Shown here piece after piece: positions 1 through 12,710 of a DNA stretch of 64,000 bases. The DNA lies in the NCBI RefSeq assembly GCF_963853765.1, contig NC_088855.1:13082001-13146000 (forward strand), read 5' to 3'. Position 1 is the first letter of the stretch; each line of letters begins with the position of its first letter. Source of the DNA: Magallana gigas (lineage: Eukaryota). The notes under the pieces were generated by a model, which saw nothing but the letters and a program-made list of their open reading frames with translations, was not told where the DNA came from and made no database searches. Made by a program: the position numbers and the translations under genes.

Positions 1-1594
1 GAACAAAGTGTAAAGTTAAATAATTACAAATGTATCTGTCATTGCTAGGAGTTTTTTTTAATATGAATATTGAATTTATAAAGATGACCAAGTCGTTTTT
101 CATCACACTTACATCACATTAAAAGTAATGAATGGATATCGAATCACCTGAAGAAATTTGTCAGATCAACTTTATATTTAGAAATAATTTGATGAAAAAA
201 AATAGAACAATATTTTATCATTTCGACATTTCTTTAAATTTTCAAAGTAAAAATATGCATTCTTTAATTTCTCTGTTTCATCTGCATTATTTGCAAATAT
301 TTTAAAAGAGCAAATAGATGTTATCTAAGAATATTATCAAGTTTTTCAATGAAAAAACAAATAAAGTAGGCATAGGCAAATATATCCTATCCCACAGCGT
401 CTAAAAAAAATAACAACAGAGTTAATGGGCAAGCAAGTTGTAGTCATACTCTTATTTGATAAAATGGCTCAAATAACATGAAACAAAGAAATAACGTTTT
501 TCTAAATAACTTAACAATTTCTGCTATACGTAATGATCATGTAAAAAGCAAACGTTATAATAAATTATATTCTAAATTCACATAATAAAATTATTTTAAA
601 ATTAAAGTTTGATTCATTTCCATGTTTTCTATAGAACTATATCAAATTAAAATATCAATTAAAAAATTGAAATAAAAGTAAAATCAATACAAGTTTTATT
701 ACTATTTATAAACATTTGTTTAATTTCCTCGAAGAGAGCTGACTTAAACAAATGACAATAAAAAGACCAAAAAATCCAGGAAATGCATCAGGATGTCATA
801 TCTTTAAATACATTTTTGTAGTATTGCTTATGTAAAAAGGTTTTGGAATGTTACAAAATTCAATTCGGAAGATAGCAAATTTAAGACTTCGCAACGGCAC
901 AATTATCTGACATGTGATAACATAAGTGAATCAAAGTACTATAGTACTGACGGGAGTTGATTTATTTATTATTATTCATTCCAAAATCAATGATATGTAA
1001 TTTTGCATGGCAAGTAGTTCATTGCTGTATTTCAATAATCACGCAATTTTTGATTCTTTTATGAATTCTCGTGCTTTTCCGACAAGAATTCCAAGCAAAA
1101 GACAAAAACCGAATATAAATCATGTTGTGTAAAAATAATAGATATAATTAACGCCATAAAACTCAACGTTGTATCAGTAATCGAAAAACTTCTAGAAAAT
1201 TGTATCAAAGCAATTTTTTTTTTATCAATTCTTATTTATAATACATATAGGAATACATATGACTGCAAAAAATATCTAAATCGTTCGTATCATTTGAAAT
1301 CTGACTATTTTCAAGGTACTCATAAATACGTTTCCTTCAAAAATAATGCTTCTGAATACTACATCAAATTTATTGTTTATCTTCAAGATAGAACCAAGTT
1401 TTTTCAGCGGTGATGTTTAAGCTTACATGTAGGTCCAAACACTGTTTTAACTTTCCTTTTCCCAGAATAACTGCATAGGAATATTGATTAATATCAACTT
1501 CCAAAAATGAGATAAATAACCTCTTTTGCAGTACTAAAGAGTTTAAAAGAAAACAAGCGTTTCATTAAAAATTAATGAATTTGTACATAGTGAA

Positions 1595-4500
1595 TTAGAA
1601 GGAGTTATTGTAGCGGGTATTTTCGTATGCATCTGGATCGTTTCTTCTGTTGACAAACAGACTCTCATAACTATGACCAGACCTCATGCTGTGCATTGGA
1701 CACTCCACATATGATGATAAAGTTTGAGGTGTATCTTCTTTCGTTTTCTTTGTTCTGCGAAGTTTGATTATGACGGAAACACTGACGACAACGAGTACAA
1801 CTGAGATGCAGATCCCGATCACATACTCTGTTTGATGTTTCTCCATGATCGTTTTATTTGTTATGTTAACATTTTCATCTAAATCTCCCGGCACCGTGAA
1901 CAATTCTGTGAATAAAATACCCACATATTTAGAGAGATCTTGATATAAGACATTTTACATAGATATATGCTTAAACAGTTGTATTTTGATATTTTATGCA
2001 ATGTGCACAAAGAACAGAACAATCTAATAAGAATTCACAAATGCTTCTTACTGGTATATATATTAAAAATGTCAGTATAATCTTTTTTGATTAAAGGCAG
2101 AATAAAAAATCTAATAAAAAAGTAAAACACTATAAGAAAATCACTTTTTTGATAACTAGCTCACTTTTAAGGCATACTGTTTCAATTCTCTGAATTTAGT
2201 GACTAAAATAATTTACTTTGCTTAGAGTTTAGATCTGACTAAAAGAAATTCTAACAACAATTACAATATTTGTTTAATATGATAAGTGAGGGTGGTTCAT
2301 TATATTGTATCCTTTCTTTATCTGGCAATAAAGAGAAAAAAACTCAAAGAAAAAATTTAATTCCTTTTTCTGCCCCTAGAACTTATTTAGTCAAGGATAT
2401 TATTGTGAATAAGCTTATTTCCTTTTATTTGAATTAGGTCATTAACACAACACCCCCAATTGCAACAACTAAAAAGCATTTGTTTCATCTATATGACCCT
2501 ATGTTCATTGTGAATTTGATTTACATGTAGTATTACATTTATTAATTATCATTTCAACATAAAATACATTTAAAATATTCATAAACAACATTGTGTAGAA
2601 TATGACAAAAACATACTGTACCTTGCTGTCCTGTACATCCTGTAATATGATTGCATAACTCCTCAGTACAGTTACAGCGGTACTTGCACTGCTCACCGTA
2701 ATAAGGATATATACAAGGTGTTGAACAATTGCTACCACAAAAACCATCAGGACAGCCTGAAAAAAAGTTTTCAAAGAAATTTGGTAATATATGTCTTTGC
2801 ACAAATTGTAGATTAAAACTTTAATAATTCTTCTCTCAATTATATCAGTTTTAAGGCAGTACTAGTATACGTATTGTTATAAAATAGCACTATTGATATT
2901 GATACTTCGTACATCCTTCGATGTGATCGCAAAATTCTTTAGGGCAGTTACACCTTTGCTGACATCGTTCACCATAGTTTGGATATCTGCAGGATGTAAC
3001 ACATTTTCTCCCGTAGAATCCAACAGGACAGCCTCAAATGAAGCACATAAATTTATATCAGTTATCATTTGACATGAAAGATTTAGAATATATTTTTATT
3101 TTAAAATATTAACTATGTTTAACGTCGATAATTATCAATTAAAAAACGAGATTTTGTTTCTTTTAGACGCTGATTTACGTTAATGAAAAGCATTCGCCTA
3201 TTTTTGTGGACGCAACCAATTATATAATATTATTTCCAAGTATCTATATCCGAAGGTATGCGCCGACTGGTTACTTATTTGAACTTCATTGACACTAAAT
3301 GCTTCAATTATCAAAATTAACTAAATCTAAAGACGTGTTAACTAGTCGCATATTTGTTAAACACAGCAACCTTTTGAAGACAATGGGACTTTTAAGATAC
3401 AAGTTAATCATTGTTCATCAATTCCTGAATGGGGTGAAAACAAAAGTGTATCAATATGTGTAATGGTAGTTTAAGGTAGTAAAGCTATACTGTAAACGCG
3501 AAAAACATTTTGAAGATTTTAAATTTAAACATTTCGTCCGTTAAAGTCTACTTGTTTACTTGTACAGTTTGAATGATTGACAAAAATCAAATGTTGGAAG
3601 TCAAGCTACAAGCGAGTAACAGAGGTAAGATAGCATTGATATGTATACGAAGCTCGAGTCTGATTTTTTTTCCAAATAAGAACAGAAAATGTCCTTTCTT
3701 TGATAAATCGACTCGTGTCAAACAAGATTAACCGATTCAATGTAAAAAAAAAATATCAACAAAAAGCAACACTTGATCGAATTCATACCAATATCACACA
3801 TATAAACAATAACAAGACTCGAGCTTTGTTCACATAAAAGTCGAATTAAAACCATCCTCTCTCCTTACACGATGCAACGACATTGTAAGCAAATCTTCCA
3901 AACCTGCTGACTGACTTTTATAAAAACTGTTGCTAAACCACAATCAAGCACCTGACTGTTTACGGATTTTTCCGTTACCCCAATTACGACAAAGAACACA
4001 CGAAAGGTCAGCAGAAGATGCTCCCTCCTCCATGGCGCCTGACCCTATCTCTAATGTCATTTAACAATCGTCAGAGTCTGAAAGTCATCTTCACTCGACC
4101 TTTACATTTGCATAAATTTAAATTATCCAAACCAATCACATACATTCTTTAATTTGTTTGAAGAGAAGTTAAAACTCTTAAGGTGGAATAACACACCTGG
4201 AAAAAGTCACTCAAATTAACATGATATTATTTGATAATGAAAGATATAATGATAAATAAACTGAACATATGTCAGATAAGCGAAAAATTTGCAGTTTGGG
4301 GATAAAAAATGAATATCTTAAATAATTATTTCAGTAAGTAACAACAAAAGACCCTGCGGGGCTCGAACTCACGATGTACAGATCACAAAATACTGTGGTT
4401 TCATCAATATTCGTTGAATACCAATTTTCATGGATTTCGTTGTTTAGTTGATCCACGAAATTAAATGTTCATTGAAGAGCGATTTTTATTAACATTTTGT

Positions 4501-5415
4501 ATTGTTAGGGTCATCGGCCACGAATTTACGTATCCTTGAAACTGTGATTTTCACTTTATCCACGAAAATTGATGCCCTTGAAAATTAATGAAACCACAGT
4601 AGACCCTTTATCCACTCGGCTATGGAGTAAGTTACATGTTAAAGTCGATAGAATACTTTTAATATAACGAAATGTCATTTCGATCAGCGGTCAGCCATTT
4701 TGTGATGATGTGTTATTCCACCTTAAATACTGGACGTCATAGAAAACAAGCATATTTTTTAAAATCTCTTTTCGATTGTCAGTTCTAATAGATTGTTGAA
4801 AGCAGTATAAATCCTTTGCTTAACCTTAATGCTTAAGAGCATGTGGGGATGACCTCCTATCGATACCTCTTCAACCCTGCCGAGTGAAATGAGAAGGAGG
4901 ATGGCTTTAATCAGACTGTTTACCTAACAAAGAATTTCAAACTCTCTATAGTAACTCAATTTGTGATTTTAAAACTTTTATGATTTATTACAAATATTCA
5001 TCTATACTATTCCAGCTACATATAGATTCTTAAAATGGAAAGTTTTGAGCTCATATCGTGTCGTTTAGGTTCCTTTAAGTCGATGTTATATTGTAAAAAA
5101 ATGTTATTATGTAGGCATAGTATGTAAAGTCATACAGCATATACCTTTGTGCTTTGATAAATGCATATCTATTTTATTATTGTAACCTGACATACATCAC
5201 ATACAGTGTATGTTAACATGAATCTATTCTAAGGTTCTTGCAAATCAATTTTGCAGATAATAAAAAAATACAACCTTGTTGATGGTTTATACATCCTTCG
5301 ATGTAGTCGCAAATGAAGCCATCGGAGCAGTTACAAAATTGCTGACATAGTACACCATAATTTGGATATATGCAATGCTTTGTACAATTTACACCGTGAA
5401 ATCCAGCTGGACAGT
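1595..5415 (-). CDS. Gene A (5' end not found): type-I membrane protein with at least 3 EGF-like repeats, MEGF10/Draper/SCARF-like, Tyr-rich tail
   Basis: Exons with AG acceptors: 5275-5415 (DCPAGFHGVNCTKHCIYPNYGVLCQQFCNCSDGFICDYIEGC), ~2906-3032 (GCPVGFYGRKCVTSCRYPNYGERCQQRCNCPKEFCDHIEGC; donor uncertain), 2622-2756 (GCPDGFCGSNCSTPCIYPYYGEQCKYRCNCTEELCNHITGC) and terminal exon 1595-1905 with a TM helix (YVIGICISVVLVVVSVSVII-KLRR) and tail ending DAYENTRYNNSF*. No signal-peptide exon identified. Confidence 0.8.
4182..4722. mobile_element. Non-autonomous Kolobok-type DNA transposon (TTAA TSD, 14-bp TIR)
   Basis: TTAA|GGTGGAATAACACA ... TGTGTTATTCCACC|TTAA; TSDs at 4178-4181 and 4723-4726. RR..YY termini with TTAA TSD match the Kolobok pattern. 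No ORF. Confidence 0.75.
4393..4599. mobile_element. MITE with TA TSD nested in the 4182-4722 element
   Basis: TA|CTGTGGTTTCAT ... ATGAAACCACAG|TA; 207 bp, non-coding. Confidence 0.8.
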
Positions 5416-7474
5416 CTAAAATGAAACATAGAAATAAACTATTGTTATTATTTGATCTAACCGTTTTGATTGTAAATTTTCTTTTACTATGTTATACAGG
5501 TGTTTACTTTAATAAAATACATTACAGTTAATATTGCCTTTTAATCATTCCTAGATTCTCATTTAAATGGATACGAGGAATGTAGCTTTGTTAAGGCTGT
5601 CCAAAGCTAAAAATAATATATCGTAAAACTGTACAGTTTTAATTAATGAGAACATACTCTAACCAGACAAATTTCTGTAAATCTTTATTACATAAATTAA
5701 TGCGACATCCAACACTAGACTTCATGCCTTTTTGTCATCTGTTATGTACTTCTTAATCACGTTACGTTCCTATCGTAACACGGCAAATGTTTACAAAAAT
5801 TGCACCTGCGCTTGATATATGACATTTAATCTGAAATATCTTAATGAAAACTCTTTCAAAAGTAATGTATTTTGAAGTTCTTAATGAGAATTAATATCAA
5901 TATTCCGTTTATATTTTTAAATTTCCAAAATAATTCGCGCCACTTTCAAAATAAGACACATTTTCACTTTTTAAGCTCGATTTTTACATAACTGGGTAAA
6001 TTGGTATGTTCCCCCAGCATGAGTCACATCGGTACTTATTTGCTTTTCCAATTTCAAAATATACTAAGATTGTATTGATCGTTCATTGGCGCCAAGCGTT
6101 TTTTACATGCATTAAACTATCTCTCTATTAGTTTACACGTAGCATGGAGAGTCTCCAAACAAGTAGTTAATAGTCAAGAATCGTGAATTCGATAGGGAAG
6201 CCTTTAAATACCCGCGAAATAATTGCATAATATTTTATCTAACATCTTAATTTACCAAGGGAAATTGATAATCGTAAATGCAATTATCGGGATATTTTCC
6301 TGTCGTTGCAATATGACAAACTTTAGTATCTAGTATCTATACATATATTATGCTAATGCTGGTCACTTATTCTAACCACATTGTTACTAAGTTCTTAGAA
6401 GCATTAAACAAACAAAAGTCAAATGCTAGAACATCCGCATATTTGTAAGAAAAATTGATTTATTGTAAGGTCAACAATAGTAACAACAACAGTCTTTAAT
6501 GTGGTCGCAAAACGATCAAATCAAATTGTTAAATTAATCTGTGCTGGCCTTGTACTATCACAACAAAGAGAACCATAGGATTAGTCCCAATAAACACATC
6601 TTATTGAAAAGTTCAAACAAAAAGATATGACATTCTTATTAAATATGAAGCATTTCTTTTGTGCAAAAATGTAAATAGTAAATTCAAAATGCGATGATTG
6701 TGACATCTCTTAAAAATGAAGGATTAAACATCTTATATTTATTTTTAATTGTAATAAGGTCAAAATGAGTGGCATAATTTGAACACTGCTTTCAATTTTA
6801 TTGCTAATTGGAAACATTTTGTACAGGGGTGAGTTGAATACTTTCAAAAGTAATCTTTTAAACTACAATTACTTTGGATTCAAAAAAGTAATACCCCGGT
6901 AGTTACAAGCTGATAACATCAATTTTCAGAAAAAATGTTAAAAATCGATAATTTTCCATCCTGTAATAATGATTACTGGTGATTACTATCGATTACATTA
7001 AATGTCGGTTGGGGTTTTTTCTCGTGTTTTGTTTGTTTATTTTTTATGTTTGTTAAGAAAGAAACAATGTTCTTTGACAGGGGTACTAATTTAATATCAA
7101 GTTATCAATTTTTACAACCTTTTTTCATTTTACTTTATCTAGGTCTAGATCTAGGTTTTATATGAATCTTAGGTCTTATAAGTACTATATATATTTAATG
7201 TGTTTGAGATACTAGTACAAAAAAACACATTTTGTTTTGAACGTATTAAAATTAATTTTAACAGAGAGATATAAAAAATGATAAATCCATGGTGTTATTT
7301 TTACAGTTTCATTTAAAGTTACTATCTATATTTATAGTTCTTTTATGAGACTACATACTTATTGTATTTATTTTAATTATTTTGTACTATGTAACACCAA
7401 TTAACATGTAGAATTTGAAAACGTATAATTATGTATTAACATCGTTATATTTAACGTAACTAAAATACATCATA

Positions 7475-7609
7475 TCTTGATGTTGAAACATCCTGTGACA
7501 TGGTTACATAACTCCTCAGTAGAGTTACACATGTGATTCCATTGCTCACCATAAGTTGGGTATTGACTTTGTGTTGAACAATTGCTTCCACAAAAACCAT
7601 CAGGACAGC
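7475..7609 (-). pseudogene. Degenerate EGF-like pseudo-exon, duplicate of exon 2622-2756
   Basis: Reads GCPDGFCGSNCSTQSQYPTYGEQWNHMCNSTEELCNHVTGCFNIKI*. Three conserved Cys are replaced (S, W, S), the expected GT donor reads AT, and a stop follows. Confidence 0.7.
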
Positions 7610-8099
7610 CTAAACCTGATTTTGAATTGTAGCTTAAACAAACACGTCACACATAAACTGTCAACAAAACAAAAATTTTACAAAGTTAAAATGCTATATA
7701 TAAAAGCATACGCAAGTGCGGAAAATTGACGCAAATTGTCGTTCAAAAATTTACATCTGGCGTGCAATTTATCATTTTGTCAATAATACTTTTATTTTTT
7801 ATCATACTGCCAAACCTCATTACAGCAAGGTTTTTGTTGGGTATAAAATGAATTAACACCCATGTAATGATGAAATATTTCTTGTATTGAAAATGACCAA
7901 ATTTATTGAAAAAAAAAACTGAGAAAAAATCAGATTTATCGAGTCAAGTACACAAACCATGGACAATATAGTAGAATAAAAATATGAACCGATTTTCAAA
8001 TTTTACTTCAGATATAATGTTAAACATTGAGCCATTTTGAACAATTGGATAATTTCAAATTCATATCACATAATGAATATTGCAGTTATCAAGAAGATC

Positions 8100-8953
8100 T
8101 TAAGCAAATATCTATGAACCTACATCAAACTTTGAGTCCTTGGTGGGGGTGGGGGATGGGGGCAAAAAATGTCCAGGTGCTAAGCAATTGAGAATCCAAA
8201 ATATGTCAAGATGCTTGCATTTTAGAGAAACCATGTATTTTTATATTTAAGTTCACAAGCATATGAATTATTTTTTAAATCTAAATTTGACCCCTTCCAA
8301 CATTGCGGCCCCAGCCTACCCCGGGGATCATGATACATGTACGTATAAATTTGAATCAACACTATATGAGAATTATTCCACGCGAGTACAGCTTTTCTGG
8401 CCAATTTGTTGCAGAGAAGACAATTTTTAAATATTTTTTTCTATACATTTCTATAAAAAAATATCATAATGACCCTAACTTTCCCCTGGGATCATGATTT
8501 AAACTTTGAATTTACCCTACCCGAGAATGTTTTGAGAAAAAGATTTTGAAAGGTTGTTTGCTATAGTTTCCTAAGTAAAATTCAACCACCCCCTCATTCT
8601 AGCCACATCCTACCCGCAGATATCATGTTTTGTTGTTTTTTTTTACAAATTTAAATTTACATTACCAGAGAATGCACATAAATATTAGCATTTCTGGCCA
8701 ATTGAGTATTGAGAAGAAGATTTTTGAAATTTTTTTTGTTCACTAACTCATTATTAACTCCCCTTGAAAAATCGCGTGGTTACGTATTTTCACAATTTTG
8801 AATTCCCTTTGCCTAAGGGTATTTTGTGCTAAGTTTGGTTGAATTTGGCCCAGTGGTTCTTGAGAAGATGTTGAAAATTTTAAACTTCTACTGACTGACG
8901 GACGACAGGCAAAATCAGACAAGCTAACTTTCACTCTCAGATCAGGTGAGCAA
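8100..8953 (+). mobile_element. Non-autonomous Helentron/pearl-like (HINE) element, partial
   Basis: Degenerate internal repeats (ggggatcatgat...ttgaat...tttctggcc...gaagaagatttt), a short GACG/GACT microsatellite near 8890-8910 and a 3' end (...ctcagatcaggtgagc) similar to that at 18440-18476. The left boundary is approximate. Confidence 0.55.
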
Positions 8954-10918
8954 ATACTTAATAAAATGACAAGAAATAAAACTCCAAGTTTTTTTTTAAA
9001 ATACGCAAGTGATCTATTTTATGCCCTTTCTTAAATCTATAGAATTTCATCGTGTTTTTTTTCAAATATATACAACAAACTAAGTAACAGACAACAAAAT
9101 TGCACCTCAAAACTTTTAAAACAAATTACATCAAGATACAAAACAGCTATGATATGCATTTTTAAAGATAAGAGACCTAAAAGTGAACAAGAAAATAGTA
9201 CATTGCTAAATAAACTACGACAACAAGACGAGTTCATAAGTCCACTTGAATGTCAATTGACTTTCTGGTACAGTCGACAAATAGCAAAGTTATATATATT
9301 AAAGAGGGTAGGATATTTAAAATGATGTGCTATGTAACATAAATGTATAAATACAAGATCAATTACGACCAAAATAAAGTAAATGATACAATTTTGACGT
9401 CATAATTGACATGGAGAATCGTTTTACCCCGTACTTTATGGTTTTAAAGGAATTATGCAGAAAATAAACAATTTCTTGACGCTCTATATTAAATCATGAA
9501 ATGAGTAATTCCGATACCTATATTCAATTTGGCCTCAATTTAAAGAGGAGGTTAAGAACTTGTTTGTTGCCGTTTCTGAAGAGACTGTAGGTATTTAAGA
9601 TATATTTCATTAGCCAAAAATGAACATGTACAAACATAAATATGACAAAAAACCCCTTTAAGGGGTAAATAATAAATTTCATTTCAGTTGTGTCCATGAA
9701 AGGTCTACATAAACATGACTGGAGTTGACGAAAGTGGGAAAAATTTAGCATACAGCAGGCTTTCACCGCGGAAAACTGGCTATAAAAGGGGTTAATACCA
9801 CTTGCCTGTATTTTGCAAGTATATTTTGTTTATTAAATGTATTTAGATTATATCTTCTCAAAAGGTTTTTGAAATAACCGCATAACCACACAACACGACA
9901 TTACGGCTAAAAATAAATGAAATAATTATACTGAAACTTTTAAATGCATACATTAATTATCAAAATAGAACTTAATAAAAATGATTTCATGATAAATTAC
10001 CTTGACTGAAAACTTCAAATGCTGTAATTATAAATGTAGTTAATATTATATCCATTTTATCTAATCAAACGAAAAGTGAATGGAAAGTACATTGCGGAAC
10101 TATGATATATATGCATATTTTCCTATTTATCTGATTGCTATTTGAAACAAGTGACGTCAGGCAAGAGGTTTTGAAGGAAGGAAATAATAAATATATGGTA
10201 CTGTTTATTTATCTGTTAATATCAATGCATATGATATTTGACAGATTTTACATATCTATGATACCCTTATATATTATTTTAAATATAAGACATATAGAAG
10301 ATAAATTTGTCAAGTCGGTGAATAAAGCATGTTTTGTCGATTGTTCAATAATTTCATTGATTGCATTATTTTGTCTATATAACTAAGAGAAACTTTAACA
10401 AACAATGTGTAGGATAACTATGCTAGTACCAGGGTATCGTATTCATGTTTGAACCCGTTTACGGCGCATTACTGAAAACTATGCATATACCACATTGCCA
10501 AGAATATGTTATTATGTAATCGCTCTATTCATATGCATATATCCCCTTACAGATAATTGCCTTGAGCATTAACAAATTATAGGAAGATAAAAACCGGTCT
10601 TCCGTTTCCATCGGAAGATCTTATTGTTTTGGCTTTGGTTTTTTCCTCATTATAATTATTTTTTCCCTTTTTTTACTTACTTTTGTGCACGCAAGTTTTC
10701 GGAAATGGCTCGTCCGATTTTCATGAAACTCTCAGATCTGATAGATGTTGATCTGAACCTGATTGGAAATTTTTTATATTGATGACGTCATTTCTGTTTC
10801 TGAGATATTGACGATTTAGTGATTTTTAAAGGGTCTGATTGTACATTTAACTCCTCTTAAACGGTAAAAGATATTGAGTTCACATTTTCAGGGATGATAG
10901 ACGATATATTGTAAATAT

Positions 10919-12606
10919 GGGACCCAGAGGGGTCTAAAGTCTTTTATTTTGTAGATCTTTGCTGAGGGGTATTTTGTAATAGGTTATAGAAGCGGAAATG
11001 TTTATCTAATAGTTATGTACCCATACAATATAACGACTTTCTCGTGTGTGGCGTATTTCGCGGTTTTAAGGGGCCAGAAGTTCAAAACTTTAATCATATA
11101 TATCTAGTAAAGGAAACATATTTTGATAAGCATTTAAGAAAAAAAAGATGCTCAAAATGATGTACTAAACAATTTTTAACCCTAAAATTTCATTAAAGGG
11201 TCCCGATAAGGAGATAAGGTGGCGGCCCCTAAAATCTTCTTTCTTGGATATCTTAAAAACGATTACAAATTTGTAAACACTTGTTGTAAAAAATGTGTGT
11301 AGTTCAAAGTCACCTTTCATTTAATACCAAGAAAAAGTGGCTGGCCCATAAATTTAGAGACCCAGAGTGGTCTAAAGTATTTTATTTGTAGCTCATTACT
11401 GAGGGGTATTTTGTAATAGGTTATAGAAGCAGAAATGTTTATCTAATAGTTATGTACCCATATAATTTAAAGACTTTCTCATGTGTGACGTATTTAGAGG
11501 TTTTTAGGGGGCAGAAAATATAAAATTTTAAACATCTTTATCTAGTAAAGGAAAACTATTTTGACAAGCAGTATAGAAGAAAAAATGCTCTAAATGATGT
11601 ACTCAACAATATTTATCCCTCAAAATTTCATTGAACGGCCCCAATAAGGAGATAAGGGGTTGGCGGCTAAAATCGTCTTTCTTGGATATCTCAAAAACGA
11701 AAACAAATTTTTAAACACTTGTTGAACAAAATGTGTGTAGTTTTAGGTCACCTTTCATTTTATACCAAGAAATAGGGAATGGTCCCTAAAATTAAGGACC
11801 CAGAGGGATCTAAAGTTTTTTATTTGAAGCTCTTTACTGAGGGGTATTTATTAATAGGTTATAGAAGCAGAAATGTTTATCTTATAGTTATGTACCCATA
11901 CAATATAATGACTTTCTCATATGTAACATTTTAGGGTTTTTAGGGGCTTTTACGCCCCTTCTAGTTTTTAGGGGTTCAAAACTTTGATCATCTATATGTA
12001 GTAAAAAATAATTTGATAAGCAGTATAGAATAAAAGATGCTCAAATGATGTACTCAACAATATTCAACCCACAAAAATTTATTAAACGGCCCCGATAAGG
12101 AGATACGTGTAAGAGTCGGCCCCTAAAATCTTTTTTTTCGCATATCTCAAAAACGATTACGAATTCGTAAACACTTATTGAACAAAATTTGTGTAGTTTT
12201 AATTGGTCGTCAGCTTTTTTCTCTCCGCCTTCTTTTCTCTCATAAATAAATATATGTACATGTACATGCTAAATATTATGTTCATGCTGGTGTTTGTGTA
12301 TATTATAATCACATATTGGAAAATCCTTAAATTTAGAGCTGTCAATTTATAAGTTGGTGTGCATGTTATATTTTTTATTTGCTTTTCTTCTTTTGTTTCT
12401 TTTGTTTGTGTTTATATGCATATTATTTCACTCAATGTGTTCTGTCCTTTCTCACCCCCACTAAAAACATAAAAAACAAACTTTCACACCATTGTGAACT
12501 ATTATATATCTATTCTTGCATGTATATTGTTTGTAAAAAAATGTTGAGATTCCAAAAGAAATGTATTATGTAAGAAAGCTGTGAAAGTCATGAATAAAAA
12601 ACATAA

Positions 12607-12645
<39 letters not shown>

Positions 12646-12710
12646 TAATTGGCCTTTAATTTAATATGAAGATTAAGGAACTAGCCCCTAAAATGAGGGG
12701 TCAAGAGTAG
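10919..12710. repeat. Tandem array of ~3 copies of a 438-bp unit
   Basis: GACCCAGAG..TCTAAAGT..CTGAGGGGTATTT recurs at 10921, 11359 and 11797 (spacing 438, 438). The third copy is interrupted by the 12207-12640 insertion. Confidence 0.85.
12207..12640 (+). mobile_element. 5'-truncated poly(A) retroposed insertion (LINE 3' end or retrocopy) with 12-bp TSD
   Basis: TSD AGTTTTAATTGG at 12195-12206 and 12641-12652; AATAAA signals and a ~30-nt poly(A) at the 3' end. Confidence 0.85.

Noticed and set aside
4350-4627. Possible tRNA gene
   Set aside because: A and B boxes are present, but there is no acceptor-stem pairing and a MITE interrupts it.
9037-9237. Hydrophobic ORF as the missing signal-peptide exon of gene A
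   Set aside because: No convincing phase-1 donor; hydrophobicity is expected from T-rich DNA.
10919-12710. Regular repeats as a CRISPR-like array
   Set aside because: Contiguous tandem units with no unique spacers, eukaryotic context, no cas genes.
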